A stretch of 64,000 nt of DNA from an uncultured Gammaproteobacteria bacterium (lineage in GTDB: Bacteria > Patescibacteriota > Patescibacteriia > Patescibacteriales > UBA12465): positions 1,109 through 65,108 of the forward strand of contig CAYPAP010000002.1 of NCBI GenBank assembly GCA_964408775.1. Direction: 5' to 3'. The translations under genes were made by a program, and so were the position numbers. Shown here in pieces: positions 26,452 through 35,595 of this stretch. A model generated the notes under the pieces. It ran no database searches. It was not told the origin of the DNA and saw nothing but the letters and a program-made list of their open reading frames with translations. Numbering within the stretch: position 1 is the first letter of the stretch; every line of letters starts with the position of its first letter.

Positions 26452-27072
26452 ATGTCGCTTTTTAGAGGAAATAAATTAGCTTTTACATTAATAGAAATTT
26501 CAGTTAGTTTATTTATTATTATTATAGTAGTTTCTTTAGCGGTGGCAAACTATAATACTGGTTATAGTGGTATTAATTTAGTATCTGGTCAGCAATCACT
26601 TTTTCAGAATATGAAGCTAGCTCAAAGTTACGCCCTGTCCTATCGTTCCTATAATGATGCTTTACCTGCTTATTGGGGGATTTATTTGGCTACCAGTAGT
26701 TCCAATTTTTATTTTTTTGCTGATGTAAATGGTAATGGTGTTTATGACGAGGGGGAGGCTGACCCTTTCTTGGGCGGACGTGATATATATCTTTCGGTTG
26801 ACACCGAGATTAGTGGGTTTAATCCTGTGACTTCTGCAATTTCAGTTTTATTTGAATCTGGAACCGGAAGAATGTTTGTTTATGATATTGGAGCATCTGC
26901 TTTTGATAATAATCCCTGGGCAATAGAGTTAAAGGATAAGCGGGTTGATTTGGCTCGACTTATTGTAGTAGAGCCACCAACTAATATTGATATGCAAAAT
27001 TGTTCCTGTAGCGACGCTAGTCTTTTTTGTTGTTCTTTTTGTTCTGCGGGTGATTCTTGTACTATTTTTTGA
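26452..27072 (+). CDS. Prepilin-type N-terminal domain protein (minor pilin-like) with a Cys-rich tail
   Basis: Class III signal: RGNKLA/FTLIEISVSLFIIIIVV. The C-terminus NCSCSDASLFCCSFCSAGDSC has 7 Cys. Confidence 0.7.
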   Translation: MSLFRGNKLAFTLIEISVSLFIIIIVVSLAVANYNTGYSGINLVSGQQSLFQNMKLAQSYALSYRSYNDALPAYWGIYLATSSSNFYFFADVNGNGVYDEGEADPFLGGRDIYLSVDTEISGFNPVTSAISVLFESGTGRMFVYDIGASAFDNNPWAIELKDKRVDLARLIVVEPPTNIDMQNCSCSDASLFCCSFCSAGDSCTIF

Positions 27073-27105
27073 TTTTAATTATGAATATTTTAAAAATAAA
27101 TTTCT

Positions 27106-27630
27106 ATGTTTAGAAGAGGTGTGGATAAAGGAGCTTTTACTTTGATTGAGGTGATTATTATTTTATTTGTAGTGTCTGTTGGAATTTTGGCTTCCTTGTC
27201 TTTAGTTATCCGAAGCTCCTATTTCCAGAACGTCAGAAAGGAATTGATTACGGCCACCTTTTTGGCTAATGAGGGAGTGGACTTAATGAAAAATATTAGG
27301 GATACTAATATTGTGATGGGAAGAGCTTATGATGACTGGGATGGTTCCGGCTCGGTTGGTGTTTCTCAAAATCTTTATGTAGTAGATTATAGTACTTTAA
27401 TAGCTAGCTCGGTGGCCAGTATAAGTGATTCTGTTTTACAGCAAAATACCAATGGTTTTTATTTGTATGATATTGCTGAGAGTGATAGCCCTTTTAAGAG
27501 GTTAATTACAACTAACGCTGAGACTACTGCGAGTACTAGTGTTGAGGTGCATGTTCAGTGGGAAAACAGAGGTAACACGTATGACTATAAATTAAAAACA
27601 ATATTATATGACTTACAATACAGCCCTTAA
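27106..27630 (+). CDS. Prepilin-type N-terminal domain protein (minor pilin-like)
   Basis: Class III signal: VDKGA/FTLIEVIIILFVVSVGILA. Confidence 0.7.
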   Translation: MFRRGVDKGAFTLIEVIIILFVVSVGILASLSLVIRSSYFQNVRKELITATFLANEGVDLMKNIRDTNIVMGRAYDDWDGSGSVGVSQNLYVVDYSTLIASSVASISDSVLQQNTNGFYLYDIAESDSPFKRLITTNAETTASTSVEVHVQWENRGNTYDYKLKTILYDLQYSP

Positions 27631-28783
27631 GAGCAGGGGGAAGCCCGGTTTAACCTTGGTAGAAATTTTGGTGGCTATAGCTATTTTGGCTATAGTGTTA
27701 TTGTTTGTTAGTAGAATTTATTTTAGCATCTCTGATAGTCAAAAAAGTTTGTCGAGTGAAAGTTTAATACAATCTGATATTGAATATTTTACTAAATTAA
27801 TTTCTAATAATATAAAATTTGCTCAAAAGGGCGATGGAATTTTATGCTCTATACCAGAGGGTAAATTTTTTGACTTAAACGCAACTAGTAGTAGTATTGC
27901 CTTTATTAAGGATGATGAGTGTTTGGAATTTTATTTAGTTGATGATGGCGGTTTGGGGCGTATAAAATTATATGATTCTGTTTCTGCAACAGACCAGTTT
28001 ATAACATCTTCTAATACTAACGTTTTGGGCCTGGTTTTTGATGTTGAAGATAATACTGAAACTGGACAGCCCTTGGTTACTATCTTATTGAAAGCCTCTC
28101 CAGCGGCATCTAGCGAAAATTTTGTTTATATTCAGAATACTGTTTCGGTGCTGGAAAATGTGGTAGAGGTGCCGAAGTATGTATGGACCTGTGGCGATGA
28201 TGTTTTTGATGATGAATGTAATGCTTATGGTACTGTGGAGATAGGAACTCAGTGTTGGATGACAAAAAATTTAAATATTGGAACTAGGATAGATGGGGTG
28301 AACAGTCAAAGTAATAACGGTGTAATAGAAAAATATTGTTTTAATAATTTAGAGAGTAATTGCGGTATTTATGGTGGCTTGTATCAATGGAATGAGGCCA
28401 TGCAATATATTACCTCTGAACCAAATAAAGGAATATGTCCTACTGGTTGGCATATTCCGTCAGATGCCGAATGGACAATATTAACTGACTATTTAGGAGG
28501 GTTGCTGGTAGCTGGAGGAAAGATGAAAGAAGCTGGAACATCGCACTGGGTTTCACCCAATGCCGGAGCCGATAATACTTCTGGATTCACCGCTTTGCCG
28601 GCTGGCTACCGCAATTCCGATGGCAACTTCTGGAGTCTTACCTCTGGCGCATATCTTTGGTCGTCGTCCATGAGTGTTAGTACCAGATCTTGGAACCGGA
28701 GATTGAACTTTAATGATGCCGAAGTTAGCCTAAACACCTACTACCATCCCCTCGGTTTCTCGGTTCGTTGCCTCAAAGATTAA
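27608..28783 (+). CDS. Pilin-like protein with a C-terminal FISUMP (Fibrobacter succinogenes major paralogous, TIGR02145-type) domain
   Basis: Class III signal: SRGKPG/LTLVEILVAIAILAIVL. C-terminus (nt ~28190-28780): YGTVEIGTQCWMTKNLN...YGGLYQWNEA...CPTGWHIPSDAEWTIL...GGKMKE...SGFTALPAGYR...GFSVRCLKD. Confidence 0.8.
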   Translation: MTYNTALKSRGKPGLTLVEILVAIAILAIVLLFVSRIYFSISDSQKSLSSESLIQSDIEYFTKLISNNIKFAQKGDGILCSIPEGKFFDLNATSSSIAFIKDDECLEFYLVDDGGLGRIKLYDSVSATDQFITSSNTNVLGLVFDVEDNTETGQPLVTILLKASPAASSENFVYIQNTVSVLENVVEVPKYVWTCGDDVFDDECNAYGTVEIGTQCWMTKNLNIGTRIDGVNSQSNNGVIEKYCFNNLESNCGIYGGLYQWNEAMQYITSEPNKGICPTGWHIPSDAEWTILTDYLGGLLVAGGKMKEAGTSHWVSPNAGADNTSGFTALPAGYRNSDGNFWSLTSGAYLWSSSMSVSTRSWNRRLNFNDAEVSLNTYYHPLGFSVRCLKD

Positions 28784-28829
28784 ATATTAATTAATCACGT
28801 TATTTTTACTTTTAATTATTTTAAAATAA

Positions 28830-29891
28830 ATGAAAATAAAATTAAAACTTAAAGAAGGCAGCGCTCTAATGATAGTCATGTTGACTTTCTTGGCTATTTT
28901 TATATTATCATTTTCTTCGGGGTATTTAGTTTTTTTGAGTATTTCTCGTAGTGCTGACTCAGCTGATAGTATGCGCGCTTATCAGGCGTCTCTTGCTGGT
29001 ATTGAGCGAGCTCAGTTTGAAGCTATTGAAAATGATTATGCCTTCGCCAGTAGTACTTGCCCAACTGATATTTTTTCCGAAGAGTTAGATAATGGATCAA
29101 GTTATACTATAAATTGTATAGATAATAGTGGTAATTTGGAATTTTATTCAGTTGGTGAATATGAAAAAAATCAGGTAGCTCTAAGAATCGATTGTATAAA
29201 TATTAATGAGGATTGTTTACCCAGTTGTCGAGAAGGGTCTTTGTGCGGTGGAGAAAAATTATTAGCAACAGGGGGAGGATCCTGTTCGGGATGTGTTTCT
29301 CACGAAGGGCTGGGCTATTTTATGGTTCTTAATGAGACTACGGGGGAGTGTTGGCTGGATCGCAACCTCGGGGCTACGCAAGTAGCAACGGCTAGCAATG
29401 ATGCGGCTGCTTATGGCGACCTTTTTCAATGGGGTCGAGCTACTGATGGTCATCAAGTTAGAACCTCAGCTACAACAACAACCTTAGCTACTTCCGATAC
29501 TCCAGGTCATAGTAACTTCATTCTTTCCTCCGCCCTTCCTTATGACTGGCGGAATCCGCAAAATAATAATCTATGGCAAGGAGTAGATGGTATTAATAAT
29601 CCATGTCCAAGTGGCTGGAGAGTCCCGACTGAAACAGAGTGGAATGCTGAAAGGTTAAGTTGGAGCTCAAATAACTTAGCCGGAGCCTTTTCTTCACCAT
29701 TAAAACTCACTACGGCGGGTCTCCGTGATAGAGTTGACGGTTCTCTTAGTGGTGTTGGTTCTTACGGCTACTATTGGGCAAGCGTTATAAATGGTGCTCC
29801 TTCGTACGGCTTAACTTTTTATCTCACTAACGCTGCTGTGAGTGGTTATTATCGTTCATATGGAGTAGCTGTGCGGTGTATTAAGGATTAA
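28830..29891 (+). CDS. PilX-like N-terminal anchor protein with a C-terminal FISUMP-related domain
   Basis: N-terminus KEGSALMIVMLTFLAIFIL (PilX-type, no Glu5). C-terminus (nt ~29300-29888): GECWLDRNLGATQ...YGDLFQWGR...CPSGWRVPTETEW...YYWAS...GVAVRCIKD. Confidence 0.65.
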   Translation: MKIKLKLKEGSALMIVMLTFLAIFILSFSSGYLVFLSISRSADSADSMRAYQASLAGIERAQFEAIENDYAFASSTCPTDIFSEELDNGSSYTINCIDNSGNLEFYSVGEYEKNQVALRIDCININEDCLPSCREGSLCGGEKLLATGGGSCSGCVSHEGLGYFMVLNETTGECWLDRNLGATQVATASNDAAAYGDLFQWGRATDGHQVRTSATTTTLATSDTPGHSNFILSSALPYDWRNPQNNNLWQGVDGINNPCPSGWRVPTETEWNAERLSWSSNNLAGAFSSPLKLTTAGLRDRVDGSLSGVGSYGYYWASVINGAPSYGLTFYLTNAAVSGYYRSYGVAVRCIKD

Positions 29892-29924
29892 CCTTGATAA
29901 TGTTTATAAAAAATAAATAAAAAT

Positions 29925-31514
29925 ATGTTTTTAAAAAATAAAATAGGTTTCACTTTGGTAGAGTTATTGGTAGTTATTTTTATTATTGTTTTAATTGGTA
30001 CTTTAGTGACCGTTTCCTTTTTAAATATTAAAAGAGGTAGTCGTGACGCTAAGCGAATCACTGATATTACCGAAATACAAACAGCTTTGGAAAATTATAA
30101 ATTTTTTGAGGGTTCTTATCCTGAAACCCTGACTCCCGGAGAGTCTTTAGTAGGGCATAATACTGGAAACACCTATTTAACTATGGTTCCAGAAAATCCT
30201 TCTTACCAAAGTTATGACTGTTCTTATGATTCTTACACTTATTTTTATGATACTGATAATGAAAAATATAAGATAAGTTTTTGTTTGGAGGGCAAAGTGG
30301 ATAATTATGATACTGGCCCAAAATGCGCAATTTCTGAGGGGATAGTTGATGGTAATTGTGTGCCTCTAACTATTTTAGCTGGAAATCCGGTTAATGGTCA
30401 GGTGGGAGAAGCTTATATTGGTCATACTTTTAGTGCTATTAGTGGAACAGAGCCTTATGTTTTTTCTGTTGCCAGCGGCTCCAGTTTGCCTGGGGGACTT
30501 AGTCTTTCTTCGACTGGTAGTTTAACTGGGAATCCGACATCTAACGATAGCTATAGTTTTTTTATAGAAGTAACTGATGCTGAATCAGCTACTAGTTCTA
30601 GAGAATTTTCTATGACCATTGATCCGGCAGTTTTAGCTTTAGGGTCTTCTAATCCAGTCGATGCAGAGGCGGGGATTGCTTATGCTGGATACACCTTTAT
30701 GGCTTCTGGCGGAGTTGGTCCTTATACTTTTTCTTTGCTTAGCGGAACTTTACCGTCTGGTTTAAATTTGTCTTCAACTGGCGACCTAACAGGCACCCCA
30801 ACTGTCAGTGGTTCTTATGATTTTGCGATAGAGGTTTCCGATAGTTTATTAGCAACATCAAGTAGAGATTTTACTATGTTAGTTTTGTTTGGATGTGGAG
30901 AGAACATAACATTTACGTACAAGGGATCTCCAGTAACTTACGGAACAGTGCAAAATTCTGTTACTGGTGAATGTTGGCTAGATCGTAATCTTGGAGCTAC
31001 ACAGGTAGCAATATCTTCGGCTGATGCTGATGCCTACGGCGACCTCTTCCAATGGGGCAGAGCAGCCGATGGTCATCAAGTTAGAACTTCGGCTACAACG
31101 GCAACATTGGCCACCTCTAATACCCCCGGACATAGTAACTTTATTGTTTCTGCAGTTTCTCCCTTCGATTGGCGAAATCCGCAAAACACTAATCTATGGC
31201 AAGGAGTGAGTGGAGTTAATAACCCCTGCCCAAGCGGCTGGAGAATTCCAACTGCAGTAGAGTGGGATTCTGAAAAATTAAGTTGGGCCACAGATAACGC
31301 AGCCGGTGCTTTTGCTTCAGTGTTGAAGCTTACAGCGAGCGGCTCCCGTAATAATCAGTTTGCCTCAATTGGGGGAGTCTCGACCCATGGTGTTTATTGG
31401 ACAAGCTCTTCCTCTGGTCCAGCTTCCAGTTGCCTTGTTTTTTATAGTAGCGGCTCTATGTTTAATAACTATTATCGTGCGAGTGGCCTTACGGTCCGTT
31501 GTATTAGAGATTAG
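29925..31514 (+). CDS. Pilin-like protein with two He_PIG-type Ig-like repeats and a C-terminal FISUMP-related domain
   Basis: Class III signal: KNKIG/FTLVELLVVIFIIVLIG. There are two ~85-aa repeats (nt ~30363-30620 and ~30621-30885) with G.AY.G.TF.A.GG..PY.FS..SG.LP.GL.LSSTG.LTG.PT. The C-terminus GECWLDRNLGATQ...CPSGWRIPTAVEW...GLTVRCIRD lies at nt ~30905-31511. Confidence 0.8.
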   Translation: MFLKNKIGFTLVELLVVIFIIVLIGTLVTVSFLNIKRGSRDAKRITDITEIQTALENYKFFEGSYPETLTPGESLVGHNTGNTYLTMVPENPSYQSYDCSYDSYTYFYDTDNEKYKISFCLEGKVDNYDTGPKCAISEGIVDGNCVPLTILAGNPVNGQVGEAYIGHTFSAISGTEPYVFSVASGSSLPGGLSLSSTGSLTGNPTSNDSYSFFIEVTDAESATSSREFSMTIDPAVLALGSSNPVDAEAGIAYAGYTFMASGGVGPYTFSLLSGTLPSGLNLSSTGDLTGTPTVSGSYDFAIEVSDSLLATSSRDFTMLVLFGCGENITFTYKGSPVTYGTVQNSVTGECWLDRNLGATQVAISSADADAYGDLFQWGRAADGHQVRTSATTATLATSNTPGHSNFIVSAVSPFDWRNPQNTNLWQGVSGVNNPCPSGWRIPTAVEWDSEKLSWATDNAAGAFASVLKLTASGSRNNQFASIGGVSTHGVYWTSSSSGPASSCLVFYSSGSMFNNYYRASGLTVRCIRD

Positions 31515-31536
31515 TTTTTTAAAAAAGAATTAAACT

Positions 31537-33711
31537 ATGACCAAAAACCAAATAAAAACAAGAATGACTAAACTTAAAGAAGAAATAAACTTTCACCGCT
31601 ATAACTACCACGTTCTAGATAAGGAAACTATTAGCGAATCTGCCCTGGATACTTTGAAACACGAGTTATTCAAGCTCGAACAACAATATCCAGAATATAT
31701 AACAGCCGACTCTCCTACCCAGAGAGTCGGTTCTCAAGCAGTGGAAAAGTTTGTTAAATCTTCGCATTTTAGCCCAATGCTCTCACTTTTTGACGCCTTT
31801 TCAGAAGGCGATATGTTCGATTGGCAGGAGCGTATTGGTCGTTTTTTGTTTTCCAATAAAAAAACAATTGATAAAAATTTTCAACCACCCTGGACCTATT
31901 ACGCCGAACCAAAATTAGATGGCTTGGCCGTAAATTTAAAATATCATCAAGGTAAATTAATAGAAGGGGCTAGCCGTGGTGATGGTAAAATTGGCGAAAA
32001 TATTACTTCTAACATTAAAACAATAGAAAGCATCCCGCTAGAATTAATCATTCCCAAAAATACCGATTTTAAAAAAAACAATTTGGATGGGGATAAAATT
32101 ATTCAAAGCATTAAGTCTTCCTGGATAGAAGTGCGGGGCGAGGCTATTATGACCAAAAAAACTTTGGAAAAACTAAACTTAAAATACCAGGCTGAGGGTA
32201 AGACCCTTTTAGCTAATACCAGAAATGGTGCCGCTGGATCTTTACGTCAATTAGATCCCAAATTATCAGCCGAACGTAAATTACAATTCTATGTTTATGA
32301 TATTATTTTCTATAAGAATAATAAAAGGGTTAATGTTTTGCCCACTCGGCAACAGGCGGATAAGTTGGCCAAGATGCTTGGTTTCAAAATAGTTTCACAT
32401 AATAATCTTTGTCAGAATTTGGAGGAGGTTTTTGCTTTTCATAAATATTGGGAGAAGAATAAGGATAAATTAGATTTTAACATTGATGGTGTGGTAGTAA
32501 AAGTTAATGAATTTGATTTCTGGGATAAATTGGGCGTTGTTGGCAAGGCTCCACGCTATGCCATGGCCTATAAATTCTCGGCTGAACAGGGGACTACTCG
32601 CATTAAAGATGTTATTTGGCAGGTAGGGCGAACTGGAATTTTAACTCCTACAGCCGTTTTAGAGCCAGTAAAACTGGGTGGGGCTATTATTTCCCGAGCG
32701 ACCTTGCACAATATGGATGAGATTAAGCGCTTAGACATTATGATAAATGATACTATTATTTTAGAGCGAGCCGGGGACGTTATTCCTAAAGTAATATCAG
32801 TTCTAAAGAATTTACGTAGTGGAGATGAACAAAAAATTTGTACACCAAAAAAATGCCCAATGTGTGAAAGCGAGGTTGTTAGACTTGGCGATGAAGTTGC
32901 CTATCGTTGTTCTAACACTCGTTGCTTTGCCGTTAATTTGCGTCAAATAACTCATTTTGTGTCTAAAAATGCCATGGATATTGAGAATTTAGGTCCAAAA
33001 GTGGTAGAACAACTCATTAATTCTGGCTTAATTTCTGATTTCGCTGACCTTTACTCTATTAAAAAAGGAGATTTATTGCTCCTTGAAAGGTTTGCCGAAA
33101 AATCAGCTGATAATTTAGTTTCATCTTTAGATAACAAAAAGAGAGTTGATTTAGCTCGCTTTATTTATGCCCTAGGTATCCGCCATGTTGGCGAAGAATC
33201 AGCCCAAACTCTGGTTGAATATTTATGGCAAGATGGAATATTGGGAGTTGGCAAAGATAAGGGTAAAAGCGAAATCGAAATATCAATTTTAGATCTTTTA
33301 TCCATTTTTTCCCGACTAGATGTCAAAAATCTTTCTGAAATAGATGATTTCGGCCCCAAAGTTTCCCAAAGCCTAGTTGATTATTTTAAAGATGAGCATA
33401 ATTTAAAGATTCTAAAAAAATTAGATAAATTTAATTTTCGCTTAGTTATTAAAAATCCGGCCAATTCTCAGTCGGCACAAAATTCCAAGATATTTGGTAA
33501 AACTTTTGTGATAACTGGAAGTTTGGATAGTTTGACAAGAGAGGGGGCAAAGGCTAAAATAAAAGAACTGGGCGGCAAAGTTTTGTCCGCTGTTAGTGGA
33601 AAGTTGGATTTTTTGATTGCTGGTGAAAATCCAGGAAGTAAATTAACTAAATCTAAGGAATTAGGAGTAAAAACTTTAAGTGAGGAGGATTTTTTAAAGA
33701 TGATAAAATAA
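31537..33711 (+). CDS. ligA: NAD-dependent DNA ligase
   Basis: Adenylation motif EPKLDGLAV, Zn finger CPMCESEVVR...YRCSNTRC, HhH region and C-terminal BRCT (FVITGSL...). Confidence 0.95.
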   Translation: MTKNQIKTRMTKLKEEINFHRYNYHVLDKETISESALDTLKHELFKLEQQYPEYITADSPTQRVGSQAVEKFVKSSHFSPMLSLFDAFSEGDMFDWQERIGRFLFSNKKTIDKNFQPPWTYYAEPKLDGLAVNLKYHQGKLIEGASRGDGKIGENITSNIKTIESIPLELIIPKNTDFKKNNLDGDKIIQSIKSSWIEVRGEAIMTKKTLEKLNLKYQAEGKTLLANTRNGAAGSLRQLDPKLSAERKLQFYVYDIIFYKNNKRVNVLPTRQQADKLAKMLGFKIVSHNNLCQNLEEVFAFHKYWEKNKDKLDFNIDGVVVKVNEFDFWDKLGVVGKAPRYAMAYKFSAEQGTTRIKDVIWQVGRTGILTPTAVLEPVKLGGAIISRATLHNMDEIKRLDIMINDTIILERAGDVIPKVISVLKNLRSGDEQKICTPKKCPMCESEVVRLGDEVAYRCSNTRCFAVNLRQITHFVSKNAMDIENLGPKVVEQLINSGLISDFADLYSIKKGDLLLLERFAEKSADNLVSSLDNKKRVDLARFIYALGIRHVGEESAQTLVEYLWQDGILGVGKDKGKSEIEISILDLLSIFSRLDVKNLSEIDDFGPKVSQSLVDYFKDEHNLKILKKLDKFNFRLVIKNPANSQSAQNSKIFGKTFVITGSLDSLTREGAKAKIKELGGKVLSAVSGKLDFLIAGENPGSKLTKSKELGVKTLSEEDFLKMIK

Positions 33712-33734
33712 TAATAAAATTGAACTAAAGAATT

Positions 33735-34025
33735 ATGTCGATAAGTAAGGACGAGATTAAAAAAATAGCGCAATTAGCTCGTTTAGAGTTAAATGACTTA
33801 GAAATAGAGAAGTATCAAGAGCAATTAAGCTCTGTTTTGGGTTATATTGATAAATTAAAGGAGGTTAAGACTTCCGATGTAGATATTTTAGGACTAGATT
33901 CAGAGGATTATAACCAGCTCCGAAAGGATGCTGTTTTCCCAGCTGATGATGAGGAGAGGAGTATTGCCCTAAAACAAGCCCCTGAAAAAGAAGACGATCA
34001 AATTAAGGTTGAGCGAGTTATTTAA
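33735..34025 (+). CDS. gatC: Asp/Glu-tRNA amidotransferase subunit C
   Basis: 96 aa with IKKIAQLARLELNDLEIEKYQEQLSSVLGYIDKL. Sits immediately upstream of gatA. Confidence 0.85.
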   Translation: MSISKDEIKKIAQLARLELNDLEIEKYQEQLSSVLGYIDKLKEVKTSDVDILGLDSEDYNQLRKDAVFPADDEERSIALKQAPEKEDDQIKVERVI

Positions 34026-34054
34026 AATAGATTTAGGAAAATAAGATTAAAATA

Positions 34055-35527
34055 ATGAATTTAGAATTAATGACAATTAAAGAAATTCACGCCTTGTTAC
34101 AAAGCAAGAAAATTACTTCCTTGGAGTTGACTGACTTTTTTTTAGACAGAATAAAAAAATTGGATCCTAAATTAATGTCTTGCATCAGTGTTTTTGAGGT
34201 TGAAGCTCGACAATTTGCCAAGCAAGCTGATATTAGGATTTCTCAAGGAGAAAAGAGTTATCTATTGGGCATTCCATATTTATTAAAAGATAATATTTTA
34301 GTTAAGGGACTGAAGACAACAGCCGCTTCTAAAATGTTGGAAAACTATATTGCTCCTTACGACGCGACAGTAGTTGGAAAATTGAAAGAAGTTGGAGCTG
34401 TTCTTTTAGGAAAAACCAACTTAGATGAATTTGCTCATGGAGCTTCGACTGAGAATTCAGCTTTTTTTACCACTAAAAATCCTTGGGATTTAGAACGAGT
34501 TCCGGGCGGAAGTTCTGGTGGTTCGGCTACGGCAGTTTCGGCTGGTCTATGTGTTTTTGCTCTTGGCTCAGATACTGGAGGATCTATTCGTCAGCCAGCC
34601 AGCTTTTGCGGTGTTTCTGGTTTAAAACCAAGCTATGGTCGAGTTTCTCGTTATGGTTTAATGGCGATGACCTCATCCACCGATGTTATTGGGCCACTTA
34701 CTAAAAGCGTTGAAGATAGTGCTATTGTTTTGCAAACTATTTCTGGCCAGGACAAATTTGATTTAACCACTTCACGACAGGAGGCCCCTGATTATTTAAA
34801 AAATATTGATAAGAAAATAAAAGGATTAAAGATTGGTGTTGTTAAGGAATTTTTGAATGAAAGCTTGGCCGAGGACGTAAAGAAGGGCGTGCTAGAGGCT
34901 ATTTCGAAATTTAAAAAAATGGGGGCCGAGGTGGTGGATATTTCTTTGCCAACTAATGAGTATTCAGTTCCAGCTTATTATATTATTACTCCATCGGAAG
35001 TTAGTTCTAATTTAGCTCGTCTAGATGGAATTCGCTATGGCCACTCTCTTAAATTTAATCCCAAAGGTAAATCAGTTGAAAATTTAAATGAAATTTATTT
35101 ACGAAATAGGGGAGAGGGTTTTGGTTCTGAGGCTAAAAGGAGAATAATGTTAGGAACCTATGCTTTGAGCTCGGGATATTTTGATGCTTATTATAAGAAA
35201 GCTCTGGCGGTTAGGAATAAAATCAAACAAGAATTTAAGCAGGCTTTTAATAATGTGGATATAATTTTGACCCCAACCTCACCCCATATTGCTTTTAAAA
35301 TTGGGGAGCAGGCTAACGATCCTTTAAAAATGTATTTAGAAGATGTTTTTTTGTGCGGCCCATCCTTAGCTGGTTTGCCGGCTATTTCTATCCCAGTCGG
35401 GACTTCTAAGGGTCTACCCTTTGGTCTCCAGCTTATTTCTAATAAATTTAAAGAAGATTTACTTTTAAACTGCTCTAATGTCTTTCAAAAAGAGACCAAT
35501 TGGCATAAAAATTTTCCTTCCGTATAA
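34055..35527 (+). CDS. gatA: Asp/Glu-tRNA amidotransferase subunit A
   Basis: Amidase signature GGSSGGSATAVSAGLCVFALGSDTGGSIRQPASFCG. Confidence 0.95.
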   Translation: MNLELMTIKEIHALLQSKKITSLELTDFFLDRIKKLDPKLMSCISVFEVEARQFAKQADIRISQGEKSYLLGIPYLLKDNILVKGLKTTAASKMLENYIAPYDATVVGKLKEVGAVLLGKTNLDEFAHGASTENSAFFTTKNPWDLERVPGGSSGGSATAVSAGLCVFALGSDTGGSIRQPASFCGVSGLKPSYGRVSRYGLMAMTSSTDVIGPLTKSVEDSAIVLQTISGQDKFDLTTSRQEAPDYLKNIDKKIKGLKIGVVKEFLNESLAEDVKKGVLEAISKFKKMGAEVVDISLPTNEYSVPAYYIITPSEVSSNLARLDGIRYGHSLKFNPKGKSVENLNEIYLRNRGEGFGSEAKRRIMLGTYALSSGYFDAYYKKALAVRNKIKQEFKQAFNNVDIILTPTSPHIAFKIGEQANDPLKMYLEDVFLCGPSLAGLPAISIPVGTSKGLPFGLQLISNKFKEDLLLNCSNVFQKETNWHKNFPSV

Positions 35528-35595
35528 TTTACATTAATATAATTGATAAGTAATATTAAAATCTTAAGTAATTAATATTTTAATAAATTAAAAGT

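Noticed and set aside
28830-31514. Possible diversity-generating retroelement (template/variable repeat) involving the two very similar FISUMP-type C-termini
   Set aside because: No reverse transcriptase gene is in the window. The nucleotide differences I compared between 29340-29540 and 30960-31160 involve all base types rather than being adenine-specific. The similarity also spans the whole domain, as expected for ordinary paralogs.
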